A stretch of 64,000 nt of DNA from Anoxybacillus sp. (lineage in GTDB: Bacteria > Bacillota > Bacilli > Bacillales > Anoxybacillaceae). The notes beneath the pieces are model-generated. The model did not search any database, was not told the origin of the DNA, and saw nothing but the letters and a program-made list of their open reading frames with translations. This document shows, piece after piece, positions 39,981-50,974 of the stretch. The stretch lies in assembly GCA_035645275.1 (NCBI GenBank), contig DASQMX010000005.1:33332-97331 (forward strand), read 5' to 3'. The translations under genes and the position numbers were made by a program. Positions within the stretch are counted from its first letter, which is position 1. The number at the start of each line of letters is the position of its first letter.

Positions 39981-41213
39981 TTAAACCAACATTTTATATG
40001 GTTTTTCTAGATAATCTTTAATGGTAGAAAGAAACTTACTAGCGGGCGCACCATCAATGACACGGTGGTCAAACGTTAAACTAAGTGGGAGAAGACTGCG
40101 GCGCTGTACTACATCTCCAACAAAAACAGGAGTATCCGTAACGGTGCCAACGCCGAGAATCCCTACCTCTGGTGGATTTAGTACCGGGGTAAAAAATTCA
40201 ACCCCATAAGCCCCAAGACTCGTAATCGTAAAAGTGGATCCTTTCATTTCTTCACTTTCTAGTTTTCCTTCTTTTGCACGCAAGCTTAAGTTCTTTATCT
40301 TTCTGGAAATTTCCCTAATAGACAGCTTCTCTGCATGAGAAATAACGGGAACGATAAGACCGTTTTCTAACGCTACGGCGATTCCGAGATGAACGGAATC
40401 ATACGTATGAATATGCTCGTCTTGATAGATGCTGTTCATCTGCTTGTGAGCGAGTAATGCTAAGATGGTCGCTCGAGCGATAAAATCCGTTATCGTCAGT
40501 TTTACGTCATGTTCATCGGAAAGCTCGGTTCTGACCTTTTTCTGTATTTCGAGTAGCTCGGTGACATCTGCCCGCATATGAATGGAGAGTTGAGCACTTT
40601 GCTGAAGACTTGTGAACATCCTTGTCGCAATCACTTTCCTCATCCCAGCTATAGGTTTTACCGTAACTCCCGTTTGATTGATTGTTTTTTGTTCCATCGT
40701 AGCGATTTCTGGTTCTTTTTTTATCTGAAGATTGGAGTCTGAACGTTTCGCTTGGACCGCTTTTTGAATATCTGCTCTTGTAATTCTTCCATTTGGTCCC
40801 GACCCTGAAATACTATTTAGATCAATCCCTGCTTCAAGTGCTAGTTTCCTAGCAGCAGGAGAAACTCGTGGCTTTTGTCTTCTAGTTTCTATTGATTTCC
40901 TTGTCTCAACAGAAGTAGCTGCTTCTAGATTCGCTTGTTCCACCGTTGTTGTGGATTGATCACGCTCACCTTCTCCTTCCTGGCCGATATAGCCAATCAC
41001 TTTTCCAACTGCAACGGTTTCGTCTTGTTCAGCGATAATTTCCAATAACACTCCATCCTGCGGCGCTTCGATATCTTTCTCGATTTTATCGGAACTAATG
41101 ACAACTACGGATTCTCCTTTTTTGACCGGATCCCCTTTCTTCTTTAACCATTCAACAATCGTACCTTCTTCCATGCTCATTCCTAGCTTTGGCATAAAAA
41201 TTTCAACAGGCAT
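39981..41213 (-). CDS. acoC: acetoin dehydrogenase E2 dihydrolipoamide acetyltransferase
   Basis: Lipoyl SSDKI, E3-binding SPAARKLA..GSGPNGRI, catalytic DHRVIDG. Confidence 0.92.
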   Translation of the reverse strand: MPVEIFMPKLGMSMEEGTIVEWLKKKGDPVKKGESVVVISSDKIEKDIEAPQDGVLLEIIAEQDETVAVGKVIGYIGQEGEGERDQSTTTVEQANLEAATSVETRKSIETRRQKPRVSPAARKLALEAGIDLNSISGSGPNGRITRADIQKAVQAKRSDSNLQIKKEPEIATMEQKTINQTGVTVKPIAGMRKVIATRMFTSLQQSAQLSIHMRADVTELLEIQKKVRTELSDEHDVKLTITDFIARATILALLAHKQMNSIYQDEHIHTYDSVHLGIAVALENGLIVPVISHAEKLSIREISRKIKNLSLRAKEGKLESEEMKGSTFTITSLGAYGVEFFTPVLNPPEVGILGVGTVTDTPVFVGDVVQRRSLLPLSLTFDHRVIDGAPASKFLSTIKDYLEKPYKMLV

Positions 41214-41307
41214 TCTTCGTCACTCCCCTTCCATCTATAAAAAGAGTGCGTGTTGCTAATTTTCATTGATTATGTTTTTTGGCAACACGCTATCCAAAGG
41301 TGGATTG

Positions 41308-42342
41308 TCAAACGGCTACGATCGTTTCATCTCCAATCATTTCCGCTACTACCTTGAGTACTTTTTCTGGTGTTGGCAAGTAGAGATCTTCTAAAACAGG
41401 CGAGAATGGAACTGGGCTGTGCGGAGCAGTAATCATTTTTATTGGGGCATCTAAATAATCAAATCCCTTATCAGCTACAAGCGCAGAAATATCGGTTGCT
41501 GCACTGCATCTTGGATTAGCCTCATCAATCACGATAAGGCGGCCTGTCTTAGCTACAGAAGATAAAATCGTTTCTTCATCGAGCGGAGACAGACTTCTCG
41601 GGTCGATCACTTCCGCTTCGATACCTTTTGCTACAAGCATGTCGGCTGCTTTCAGGGCGGTGTGTACTTGTTTTCCTATTGCCACAATCGTGAGGTCGCT
41701 TCCTTTCCTTTTTATGTCTGCTTTCCCAATCGGAATCGTATAAAAACCTTCTTCTACCTCCCCTTTTATGTTATAGAGCGTTTTGTCCTCAAAAAAGATA
41801 ACCGGATCATCGTCGAAAATGGAGGCAAGTAAAAGACCTTTCGCATCTCGAGGTGTAGAAGGAACGACGACTTTCAAACCTGGTATATGTGTAAAAAGCG
41901 CATATAGACTTTGCGAATGCTGAGCGGCTGCCCGGAATCCAGCGCCGTGCATTGTTCGTATCGTTAACGGCACCTTTGCCTTTCCACCAAACATATAGCG
42001 AAGTTTTGCTGCTTGATTCATCACTTCATCAAGGCAGCTGCCGATAAAATCATTGAACATCAACTCCGCAATCGGCCTTAGTCCTGTCGCTGCTGCCGTA
42101 ACAGAAGCCCCGATAAATCCCGCTTCTGCAATCGGTGTATCTAAGACACGTTCTCTGCCAAATTCTTGAACAAGTCCTTTCGTAACCCCCATAACACCTC
42201 CCCATGCCTCGTCATCCTGTAAATGGTCAACGGCTGCACCTCCAGCAACATCCTCACCTAAGAGAATGACATTTTCATCTTTACGCATGGCCAGCTTCAT
42301 TGCTTCGTTAACTGCCTCTGAAAAAGAAATTTTTCTTGTCAT
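41308..42342 (-). CDS. acoB: acetoin dehydrogenase E1 beta
   Basis: GEDVAGG...AWGGVMGVTKGL, DTPIAE, AAAQHSQ. Confidence 0.93.
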   Translation of the reverse strand: MTRKISFSEAVNEAMKLAMRKDENVILLGEDVAGGAAVDHLQDDEAWGGVMGVTKGLVQEFGRERVLDTPIAEAGFIGASVTAAATGLRPIAELMFNDFIGSCLDEVMNQAAKLRYMFGGKAKVPLTIRTMHGAGFRAAAQHSQSLYALFTHIPGLKVVVPSTPRDAKGLLLASIFDDDPVIFFEDKTLYNIKGEVEEGFYTIPIGKADIKRKGSDLTIVAIGKQVHTALKAADMLVAKGIEAEVIDPRSLSPLDEETILSSVAKTGRLIVIDEANPRCSAATDISALVADKGFDYLDAPIKMITAPHSPVPFSPVLEDLYLPTPEKVLKVVAEMIGDETIVAV

Positions 42343-42361
42343 ATTCTATCGACCTCCCGAC

Positions 42362-43357
42362 TTATTGATAGGAAACATATACATCTTTTAAAAGATCTTC
42401 CGCTTGAGGAAACGGACTTTGTTCCGCAAATTCAACTGCATTCTTAATGGCTTCTATTACTCTGTGTTCAATCTCATGTAATTCCTGCTCTGATAATAAT
42501 TGTTTCGATAGGACATAGTTGCGGAACTTAACTATTGCGTCCTGTTCTTTTAAATGTTTTTCTTTTTCTTCTGCTGTTTTGTATTTTTGGGCATCCCCTT
42601 CAAAATGGCCATAATTTCGATATGTCTTACATTCAATTAAGGTTGGGCCTTCTCCGTTTCGTGCCCGTAAGATTGCACGCTCAGCTGCTTCATATACGGC
42701 AACAACATCTTTTCCATCTACGATTTCTCCCGGAATGTTGTAAGCTGCTGCTCTGTCAGCGATATTCTTGCAGCTCGATGCATATTCAAAAGGAGTAGCT
42801 TCAGCATAACCGTTATTTTCGGCTACAAAAATGACAGGAAGTTTCCAAATTGCTGCTAAGTTGATTCCCTCATGAAAAGTTCCGTGATTGTTCGCGCCAT
42901 CGCCAAAGAAGCAAACAGCAACCGCTCCTGTTTTTTTCAATTTGGCTGTTAAAGCCGCTCCAACTGCAAGCGGAAATCCACCGCCGACAATCCCATTGGC
43001 ACCAAGCATGCCTTTTTCAACATCGGCAATATGCATGGACCCCCCTTTTCCTTTGCATAGGCCGGTTGCTTTCCCATAAATTTCAGCCATCATTCCATTA
43101 ATATCACACCCCTTCGCAATGCAATGACCATGTCCTCGGTGGGTGCTGGTAATGTTGTCTTTTTCAGTGAGATGGGCACAAACCCCAACAGCTACTGCTT
43201 CTTCTCCGGCATACAAATGAACAAATCCAGGCAAGACGCCTTTACTGAAGATCTCATGAACTTTGTCTTCAAACTGACGGATTTCACACATTTTCTCATA
43301 CATCCACCTTGCTTTCTCACGGGTGAGACTTTTCAATTCCGGTTTCATCACTGTCAT
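42362..43357 (-). CDS. acoA: acetoin dehydrogenase E1 alpha
   Basis: PGFVHLYAGEEA, STHRGHGH, FFGDGA TPP motif, YGHFEGD. Confidence 0.93.
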   Translation of the reverse strand: MTVMKPELKSLTREKARWMYEKMCEIRQFEDKVHEIFSKGVLPGFVHLYAGEEAVAVGVCAHLTEKDNITSTHRGHGHCIAKGCDINGMMAEIYGKATGLCKGKGGSMHIADVEKGMLGANGIVGGGFPLAVGAALTAKLKKTGAVAVCFFGDGANNHGTFHEGINLAAIWKLPVIFVAENNGYAEATPFEYASSCKNIADRAAAYNIPGEIVDGKDVVAVYEAAERAILRARNGEGPTLIECKTYRNYGHFEGDAQKYKTAEEKEKHLKEQDAIVKFRNYVLSKQLLSEQELHEIEHRVIEAIKNAVEFAEQSPFPQAEDLLKDVYVSYQ

Positions 43358-43416
43358 GATTTTTCCCCCTATCGTTTTGTATGAATTTAGGAAAAATACG
43401 TTTCACTTCTAATTAA

Positions 43417-43433
43417 TGCAAGAAGCATACCAA
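43417..43433 (-). promoter_or_regulatory. sigma54 promoter of acoABC
   Basis: TTGGTATGCTTCTTGCA on minus; adjacent cre-like TGTAAGCGTTTTTT at 43436-43449. Confidence 0.8.
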
Positions 43434-43483
43434 TAAAAAAACGCTTACAAAAAGCGTTTTTTTATGGAGAATTTTTTCATCAA

Positions 43484-43530
43484 ATAAGACAATTTGAGAC
43501 ATTGTCCCATTCCGTCTCACTTTGTCTCAT
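43484..43530. promoter_or_regulatory. AcoR upstream activating sequences
   Basis: Repeated GAGAC/GTCTC motifs (TAAGACAATTTGAGACATTGTCCCATTCCGTCTCACTTTGTCTCA) overlapping the acoR stop. Confidence 0.6.
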
Positions 43531-45371
43531 GACAAGCCATATTTTTTCAATTTTCGATAAAACGTACTGCGCGGAATATTCAATTTGGCAGCTGCAGCCG
43601 TTACGTTTCCTTCTGTTTTTTCCAGCATGTCCATTATGCGATTTTTCTCCATTTGTTCACGAAAGGACAGCGGCTGGGAATCTTCTGTAAATTTATTTTT
43701 CTCCCATTGATTCCAATGTGTAAACAAGGAATGTATAATGGAGGCGTCTGGAAGGTTATCCTCATATTGCACACGGATTCGCTCTAATACATTAAACAAT
43801 TCCCGTATATTTCCTGGCCAATCATGATTCATAAACATTTCCATTACCTCATGAGTAAATGGAATGGTCCAGTTATTTTTTTCACAATAATATTGAATAA
43901 AGTATGGAAGATCCTGTTTTCTTTGTCTTAATGGAGGAACATGAATCGGATAGACATAAATTCGATAAAACAAATCTTCGCGAAACTTTCCTAACCTAAC
44001 AAGTTCATGGAGGTCTCGGTGTGTAGCGGTTATAATTCGAATATCAAGCGGGATTGGCTTTGTTCCGCCAATCGGAACGATTTGTTTTTCCTGCAGCACT
44101 CTCAGCAAAGCAACCTGCATCTCATAGGGAATTTCACCGATTTCGTCAAGGAAAAGAGTGCCTCCATTTGCTTGTTCAAACTTTCCTTTATGGCCTGTGC
44201 GTTTTGCACCAGTAAACGCTCCCTCTACATAACCAAACAATTCACTTCCGATTAAATCTTTTGGAATGGCACCGCAATTAACGGCGATAAAAGGACCGTT
44301 TTTCCTTGAACTGTTCAAATGAATCGAGCGGGCAACTATTTCCTTCCCGGTGCCGGTTTCTCCTGTTATATGAACAGTTATGTCTGTTTTTGCCGCTCTT
44401 ACACAACATTGGATGACATTTTCAAATATCTTGCTTGTTCCTTTGACACCATCAAACTGAAAAGTCCTTGAACCATGTTGGCCCTTCTTTTGTTTCTTTT
44501 TTTGGATACTGATTCGATAACCGATCACATCATGATGAAAGGTTGAGTAAAGCGGAAATTTCGTTTGGATGAGCCAATCTTGATGGGAAAGATCCTCTAA
44601 GTACATATCCTTCCAGTTGGAGAGAAAATGTCGTAAACAATGGTTAACCCAAACAATTTTTCCTTTTTCATTGCATAAGACGAGCGGCAAATCGGGGTTT
44701 TCTATGTTTGAAGCCTGTTTTAATAATTCCAATTCATCTTCTTTCGACTGGATGTGAAATCGTTGTTCAATAGCATAAGCCGCAGAAACAACAGCCGCAA
44801 GCACATGTTCATGGGAATGATCATCGATGGGGTACGAAACATTAATGATGCCTACAAATTCTCCTTGTTCATTATAGATAGGTGCTGCAGAACACCCCCA
44901 TTGCTGGGAAGCGACCGAATAATGGTCCAAACCGACAACCGTAATAGGTTCTTTGATACGTAAAGCAGTGCCGATGGCATTCGTTCCGACTTCATCTTCT
45001 GTCCATTTAACTCCTTCGACAAATCTTATCGATTCAGCCATCTTTAGTGTTTGTTGATTCCCTTTCGCATACAAAACATAACCGTCACGGTCTACAAGTA
45101 AGAAAATCGCTTTCGTTCTCTCAAAAACCTTTTGTAAATTTTCTAGAAAGGGGATGGCCATATGCAACAATTTTTGATTTTGTTTTTTGCGTTTCATTAG
45201 CGAATCTTGATTTAAAATCACTTTTCCTTTTCCATCATAAGGATTGACCCCAGATTGGCGACATAAGTACCATGACTCCGCAACCCTTTTGTTTATTCTC
45301 ACTGGATCAAGGGCTCCTTCATGAACAAACCGATTCCAAATCTCTTGTTTTAATGGGTCACCGACTTTCAT
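43527..45371 (-). CDS. acoR: sigma54-dependent activator (GAF-AAA-HTH)
   Basis: [42 protein letters not shown], Fis HTH; GGAGGTG RBS before ATG 45371. Confidence 0.9.
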   Translation of the reverse strand: MKVGDPLKQEIWNRFVHEGALDPVRINKRVAESWYLCRQSGVNPYDGKGKVILNQDSLMKRKKQNQKLLHMAIPFLENLQKVFERTKAIFLLVDRDGYVLYAKGNQQTLKMAESIRFVEGVKWTEDEVGTNAIGTALRIKEPITVVGLDHYSVASQQWGCSAAPIYNEQGEFVGIINVSYPIDDHSHEHVLAAVVSAAYAIEQRFHIQSKEDELELLKQASNIENPDLPLVLCNEKGKIVWVNHCLRHFLSNWKDMYLEDLSHQDWLIQTKFPLYSTFHHDVIGYRISIQKKKQKKGQHGSRTFQFDGVKGTSKIFENVIQCCVRAAKTDITVHITGETGTGKEIVARSIHLNSSRKNGPFIAVNCGAIPKDLIGSELFGYVEGAFTGAKRTGHKGKFEQANGGTLFLDEIGEIPYEMQVALLRVLQEKQIVPIGGTKPIPLDIRIITATHRDLHELVRLGKFREDLFYRIYVYPIHVPPLRQRKQDLPYFIQYYCEKNNWTIPFTHEVMEMFMNHDWPGNIRELFNVLERIRVQYEDNLPDASIIHSLFTHWNQWEKNKFTEDSQPLSFREQMEKNRIMDMLEKTEGNVTAAAAKLNIPRSTFYRKLKKYGLS

Positions 45372-45619
45372 TCTTCCACCTCCACAAGAAGATTGTTTTT
45401 CCCTCATAGATGTATCATCTCCAAGTGGTATTTCTATTAAATATATACTTTCCAAAAAAGAGGATTCCTTTGTAAACAAATGTATATTCCGGTAAGTTGC
45501 CTTACTTTTCAAATTATTTTATCATATTAACCATCTAAATCCATAAAATCGTTTTATTAATGTTTTAAATTAACAAAATAGTATTATGATATAACCTGAT
45601 TGATGAAAGGAGCCTATAT

Positions 45620-47665
45620 ATGCACTCATTTGTAAGCCAACCAACAGGTGTATTTCCATCCGTTTGTTCTCTCGATTGCCCCGATCAATGTGGGTTACTG
45701 GTACATAAACAAGATGGAAAAATTGTGAAGGTACTGGGAGATCCGAATCATCCTGTGACAAAAGGAAATATATGCAATAAAGTACGGAATATAACTGAAC
45801 GAATTTACGATCCAAAGCGCTTGAAATATCCAATGAAACGTACGGGAGCTAAAGGAGAAGGGAAATTTGAGCGGATAAGCTGGGACGAAGCGATTGAGAC
45901 AATTACTGCTAAATGGAAAGAGCTGATCCAAACAGAGGGCCCTGAAAGCATTCTTCCATATAGCTTTTATGGTAACATGGGAAGACTCAGCGCCGAAGGA
46001 ATGGACCGGCGGTTTTTTCATCGGTTGGGTGCCTCCCTGCTCGATCGGTCAATTTGTTCAGCAGCTGGCCAGCAAGGGTATAAATATACAATGGGAGGCA
46101 GTTTTGGAATTGACCCTGAAGATACGATACATTCAAAATTAATCATCTTCTGGGGAATTAATGCTGTAAGCACAAACATGCATCAGATTGTACTAGCCCA
46201 AAAAGCCCGAAAAAATGAAGCAAAGGTCATTGTCATTGATGTACATAAAAATCAAACCGGCCAATTCGCTGATTGGTTCATTCCAATATTGCCGGGTACC
46301 GATGCTGCTCTCGCTCTGGGCATGATGCATATTTTATTTGCCGAAAACATGGTAGACACCGATTTCTTGCAGCAATATACAATCGGACATGAAGAGTTGC
46401 GTGAGCATGTTGTCCAGTACGACCCCATCACTGTTTCCAGAATTACAGGTGTTCCAGTCGAAGATATTTATAAACTGTCCAGGATGTATGGTCAAATCAC
46501 ACCTTCCTTTATTCGAATCGGCAATGGTCTTCAACATCATGACAATGGTGGCATGTGTATTCGTACAATTGCTTGTCTTCCTGCCCTAACCGGACAATGG
46601 CTTGTAAAAGGCGGAGGCGCCATCAAGTCAAATAGTGGTTATTTGGCCCTTAATACAGAGAACTTGCAACGCCCGGATTTATTGCAAAATAAACATACAC
46701 GCATCATAAACATGAACCTGCTTGGCCAGGCATTACTGGAGTTAGACCCTCCAATAAAATCATTATTTGTGTATGGGACAAACCCTGCGGTTGTTGCACC
46801 GGAAGCCAATAAAGTAAGAAAAGGATTGGCAAGGGAAGATCTCTTTGTTGTCGTGCATGACTTATTTTTGACAGAAACAGCAAAATACGCAGATATTGTC
46901 CTGCCTGCAACATCTTCATTCGAAAATACGGATTTTTATACATCCTATTGGCACCATTATATTCAAATTCAGCAGCCAATTATTGAACGATATGGAGAGT
47001 CCAAATCAAATGTCGAAGTGTTCCAATTGCTTGCGAAAAAAATGGGATTCGAGGATCAGTGTTTATATGAGACAGAAGCAGAAATGATTTCACAAGCCCT
47101 AGATAACAAGAACAATCCTTACCTTGAAGGAATTGATTATGAAAAATTAGTTAAAAAACAGTATATAAAAGCAAATGTAAAACCATTGTTACCTGGAAAA
47201 CTGCTAACACCTAGCGGAAAAATTGAGCTTTATTCAAGGAAGATGGAACAAGATGGCTATCCTCCTTTGCCAACCTATACACCACTTGTTAACGATGGAG
47301 ACTTTCCATTTTTGTTTGTGCCCGGTCCTAACCATAATTTCTTAAACACAACCTTTTCAAATAATGAAAAACATGTCTCTCTTGAAAAAGAGCCTCGCTT
47401 GCATATGAATATAAAAGATGCTTTATCGAAAGGCATTGAAGATGGAGATCAAGTGCGAGTGTGGAACAATCGAGGAGAATGTGTATTGAAAGTTTCTGTG
47501 GGAGAAAACGTACTTCCAGGTGTCGTTGTCACTCAAGGGCTCTGGGCCGATTCCCCAGGTACGAAACAGCTGGTAAACTCACTTACCCCCGACCGAGTTG
47601 CCGATATGGGCAATGGAGCTACTTTCTTTTCGGGGAGGGTGAATGTGGAGAAAGTTTTGGATTGA
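45620..47665 (+). CDS. molybdopterin oxidoreductase (YoaE/YyaE-like)
   Basis: CSLDCPDQC...ICNK Fe-S motif, RISWDEA, ETAKYADIVLPA, C-terminal molydop-binding domain. Confidence 0.88.
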   Translation: MHSFVSQPTGVFPSVCSLDCPDQCGLLVHKQDGKIVKVLGDPNHPVTKGNICNKVRNITERIYDPKRLKYPMKRTGAKGEGKFERISWDEAIETITAKWKELIQTEGPESILPYSFYGNMGRLSAEGMDRRFFHRLGASLLDRSICSAAGQQGYKYTMGGSFGIDPEDTIHSKLIIFWGINAVSTNMHQIVLAQKARKNEAKVIVIDVHKNQTGQFADWFIPILPGTDAALALGMMHILFAENMVDTDFLQQYTIGHEELREHVVQYDPITVSRITGVPVEDIYKLSRMYGQITPSFIRIGNGLQHHDNGGMCIRTIACLPALTGQWLVKGGGAIKSNSGYLALNTENLQRPDLLQNKHTRIINMNLLGQALLELDPPIKSLFVYGTNPAVVAPEANKVRKGLAREDLFVVVHDLFLTETAKYADIVLPATSSFENTDFYTSYWHHYIQIQQPIIERYGESKSNVEVFQLLAKKMGFEDQCLYETEAEMISQALDNKNNPYLEGIDYEKLVKKQYIKANVKPLLPGKLLTPSGKIELYSRKMEQDGYPPLPTYTPLVNDGDFPFLFVPGPNHNFLNTTFSNNEKHVSLEKEPRLHMNIKDALSKGIEDGDQVRVWNNRGECVLKVSVGENVLPGVVVTQGLWADSPGTKQLVNSLTPDRVADMGNGATFFSGRVNVEKVLD

Positions 47666-47721
47666 AGAAAAAGGAAAATAAAAGAGTGAAGGGATTTGAA
47701 CATATTCCTGTCAAAAACGTG

Positions 47722-47757
47722 AAAACCTCTTCAGCGCAACCTGAAGAGGTTTTTTCA
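47722..47757. terminator. intrinsic terminator
   Basis: AAAACCTCTTCAG-CGCAAC-CTGAAGAGGTTTTTT. Confidence 0.7.
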
Positions 47758-48001
47758 TAAAATTCGCTCAATCATGTTTCTCTTTTTCCTGCCAAGTAAA
47801 GGCTACTCCAGAAGACCTTGCCAATGAAAAAAGAATGAGTGACACCAAAGGCCGACAGCGCGCACTGAAAATATAACAACTTATCCAACAATCAAAATCC
47901 AAGGACAACATCGCCTCAGATTTTTTTCAGCACCATTCAAGCGGTGACACTTGGCCTCATAACCAACAAAATCGCATTGTTTTCGAGTGATGACAGACAC
48001 T

Positions 48002-49639
48002 TCACCCAAACAACAGCGAAAGCAGAAAAGCAGATGTAAACGATGTGATCATTTGCTTTCCTGATAATGCCAGCGCTTCCTTAACCCCTAATTCCTTCGC
48101 AATCGTCCAAAAGGTAACCGCGCATGCACTGAAAGTAGAAGCGAGATAAACGACAAGAAATAGTTGAAATGTCGACATCGACGTCAACAACGCCATATTT
48201 TCCTCATTAAATAGTAAAATGCCATCTTTGCGAATCATTGAAAAAACAAGACCAACAGCGGCTTCAGCCGGCAAATTCAACCATTGAACAAGCGGTGCAA
48301 ACAACCAAACCACTTTTTCAATCCATCCTAACACATCCATCAATCCAGCCACTAGACAAATAATTAAAAAGATTGGCATTGCTTGTGTTAAAAATTGCGA
48401 GACAGTTGAACGAATTCGGTATGAAACTCCTGACCACGTCGGCATCTGAATAAATGTCCGACGCGGACGAATCAAGGTTGTATGCGTCAATGCCTGCCGA
48501 TTCCATATCCTCGTATGAAGTGCACCGACGATAAAGAGAGTGAATAAGTACGGCAAAAATAAGTGCGGCTTTTGCGCACTATGAAAAATCGAAATCGTTG
48601 CGCCGATTTGATAACTGCATGCCGAACCAAATGAAATGAGAGAAACACACGCTTTTCGGGTACAAGCGCTACACAATCTGCTCTGCTGGACGGCCACAAC
48701 ATTACACCCAAATCCGGTTAATACCGGAATGAGATCTTGACCATTTAAACCGACTTTTCGTAAATACGGATCAAGCGCATCCGTTATCCGATCTTTGATC
48801 CCTGTTTCATCGGTAACAGCCATCATGATGCACAACAAAAAGACAACGGGAAACGCCCATAAAAATGAATATGCCCCCAACGTGAGCAAGCCGTAATCTC
48901 CAACAAGTAACGCTTCCATCAGTTTTCCTTTTCCTTCAAAAGCGTGAACAACACCAGCTAGTACCTCTTCTAAATACGGTTGCCCCCACTCTGCTACTTT
49001 ATAGGCAACATAAACCGGGAAGAGAAACATCAGCAAAATCGCTACTACGGAAGCGAGCGGACCAATGATCGGACGCTCAAATAAAAGCGAAGCAGGCTCT
49101 TGCTTGGGCAAATTGAGCGCTTGTAACACCTTGATGTCATCTTCTGTCCATTTTCTTCCTTGTTCAAATGGAGGGAGCGTATAATCTGTTTCCTTTCTCC
49201 CTTTAGTTAAAAAAAGCGGAAAATTGTATCGCTTTTGGAGATTTTCTAACACTGCTTTCGCTCTTTCGTTCATTTTATCGACAAACGTAACGGCAATGGA
49301 GACGTTCGCTTGGGAAACAGAAACAATCGACAGAAGTTCTTGCAGCTCCTCGTGAAAATGCGTCCCGCGCACAACGAGCATGACATGATTTGCTTTTGCC
49401 ACTTCTTTTTCCAGTTGTCGTTTACCAAGTTCATCTCCTCTGCGCAACCCCGGTGTATCGACAACATCCCATCCATTCAAGCGACGAATCGGATGGGAGC
49501 GAATCGTATACGTCGTTCCTTTCACATTTGTTTCTTCACCGATGCCAAACTGCGTCCACCTTGAAAATAACGTTGTCTTTCCAACCGATTCAAATCCGAT
49601 GAGCAAAAGCCGTTTTCGTTTCGTTTGTTCGGCTAACAC
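48002..49639 (-). CDS. FeoB-like GTPase/Gate-domain metal transporter
   Basis: G1 GFESVGKT, G2 NVKGTT, G3 DTPG, G4-like TFVDK; Gate GFGCNVVA and Cys-rich CSACTRKAC..ACSYQ; GTG overlaps the upstream stop. Confidence 0.8.
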   Translation of the reverse strand: MLAEQTKRKRLLLIGFESVGKTTLFSRWTQFGIGEETNVKGTTYTIRSHPIRRLNGWDVVDTPGLRRGDELGKRQLEKEVAKANHVMLVVRGTHFHEELQELLSIVSVSQANVSIAVTFVDKMNERAKAVLENLQKRYNFPLFLTKGRKETDYTLPPFEQGRKWTEDDIKVLQALNLPKQEPASLLFERPIIGPLASVVAILLMFLFPVYVAYKVAEWGQPYLEEVLAGVVHAFEGKGKLMEALLVGDYGLLTLGAYSFLWAFPVVFLLCIMMAVTDETGIKDRITDALDPYLRKVGLNGQDLIPVLTGFGCNVVAVQQSRLCSACTRKACVSLISFGSACSYQIGATISIFHSAQKPHLFLPYLFTLFIVGALHTRIWNRQALTHTTLIRPRRTFIQMPTWSGVSYRIRSTVSQFLTQAMPIFLIICLVAGLMDVLGWIEKVVWLFAPLVQWLNLPAEAAVGLVFSMIRKDGILLFNEENMALLTSMSTFQLFLVVYLASTFSACAVTFWTIAKELGVKEALALSGKQMITSFTSAFLLSLLFG

Positions 49640-50745
49640 TCACACTTCACCTCACAACACGATAAGTCCGTTAAATACATTTGATTGTTGGCATAGTGAG
49701 TAAATACGGCTTCATCGTGAGGAAGTCCGAAACGATCAACCAATTGTTTTGCGACTACAGCAAAACGTTGTCGAAACTTATAAATAAAGCAGAAAATCGC
49801 CTGATCATGAGCGACGCTCGGCCCAATTAAAAATAAATTCGGCGTAATGGTCGATTCATCATGAACCGTCAGCTTCGGTTTTCCGTTTTCGCCCCATTCA
49901 AACAATGAGCGAATTTGTTCCGCTCCTGAGCGAAATCCTGTTGCTAAAATCGGTTTCGTCTGAGTCATTATTTGCTCGCCATTCGAGAGGAATAACGTAT
50001 AGCCGTTTTTCTCTTTCTCAATCTTCTCTACCTTTGTCTTTTCAATAATGGTTAACCGCTTTGTTCGTTCAGCTGTTCGCAGACGCTCCCACGTATACGG
50101 CGCTAGCGACAAACTCGGATCCGCTTCTTTTTTTCCATTTAGCTCCTTAGCCGAAATCACTGTCACTTCATTTCCATAAGCAACTAAATTCACCGCCGCA
50201 TCAATTCCACTTTCATAACCGCCAATAACTACATAGTGTCCTTTTTCAAACTTGCTCCAACTGTCGACATATCGGTTATGTAACGCATGTTCAGCTCCCG
50301 GAAACGGGCGTGCATTCGGAAATTGGAATTCCCCTGTCGCCCAAATGACGGCATCTGCTTCGTAATCTCCATCATTCGTCTTTAAGAGGAAACGATCGTT
50401 CCTTTTCACCACCTTGGTCACGTTCACTTCCTCGTAAACCGGCAAATCGTAATGTTCAGCCAATAAGTCAAGATATAGCGCATAATCCTCCCCGCTTAGC
50501 CGCTCTTTTCGCAGTGTATACGCAGGCGACGTTGTCGGCGAAATAGCGTTTAAATCTAATGCACCAAATCCTTGGCCAGTGAACGATGGCGTAATAAAGC
50601 GCATCTCCTTCGGCCATTGCATAAACGACGAACCAATACGGTCACGCTCTAAAATCCCGAAATTCTCAATCCCTAACTGCTTTAATAAAATCCCCATTCC
50701 AATCCCAGCAGGCCCCGATCCAACGATTAGAAAAAAAGGGTTCAT
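49633..50745 (-). CDS. NAD(P)/FAD-dependent oxidoreductase (Pyr_redox_3/FMO-like) with Cys-rich tail
   Basis: GSGPAGIG, WATGEF, GGYESGID, LATGF, FCFIYKFR, C-terminal SCCEVKCEC. Confidence 0.85.
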   Translation of the reverse strand: MNPFFLIVGSGPAGIGMGILLKQLGIENFGILERDRIGSSFMQWPKEMRFITPSFTGQGFGALDLNAISPTTSPAYTLRKERLSGEDYALYLDLLAEHYDLPVYEEVNVTKVVKRNDRFLLKTNDGDYEADAVIWATGEFQFPNARPFPGAEHALHNRYVDSWSKFEKGHYVVIGGYESGIDAAVNLVAYGNEVTVISAKELNGKKEADPSLSLAPYTWERLRTAERTKRLTIIEKTKVEKIEKEKNGYTLFLSNGEQIMTQTKPILATGFRSGAEQIRSLFEWGENGKPKLTVHDESTITPNLFLIGPSVAHDQAIFCFIYKFRQRFAVVAKQLVDRFGLPHDEAVFTHYANNQMYLTDLSCCEVKCEC

Positions 50746-50766
50746 TTCTTTCTCGCTCCTTTTTGA

Positions 50767-50787
50767 TAATAGTAATCATTACGTTTT
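50767..50787 (-). promoter_or_regulatory. Zur box overlapping +1 of a sigmaA promoter
   Basis: AAAACGTAATGATTACTATTA versus Bacillus Zur consensus AAATCGTAATNATTACGATTT (3 mismatches); TTCACA-N17-TATAGT with TG extension at about 50792-50820. Confidence 0.75.
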
Positions 50788-50974
50788 ATAAACTATACCA
50801 TAAGAAAAGGAATTTGTGAATAAAGAAATTTTTTTCACAGCTTTGAAAATAAAAATGCTATTAGTTTCATTTTTTCTAAAAGCGTTCACGATTATAAAAC
50901 GAGATGTATTTGCAATAGGTTGTAGAAGCTCTTCCTCTGCTTTACATCCAAAGACATACTTCTTCCATATCGTT

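Noticed and set aside
45372-45512. N-terminal extension of acoR
   Set aside because: Strong GGAGGTG RBS before ATG 45371; the extension has no RBS
50767-50787. Fur box, as expected for feoB
   Set aside because: The GTAATNATTAC core matches Zur better than the Fur TGATAATNATTATCA consensus, though cross-recognition is not excluded
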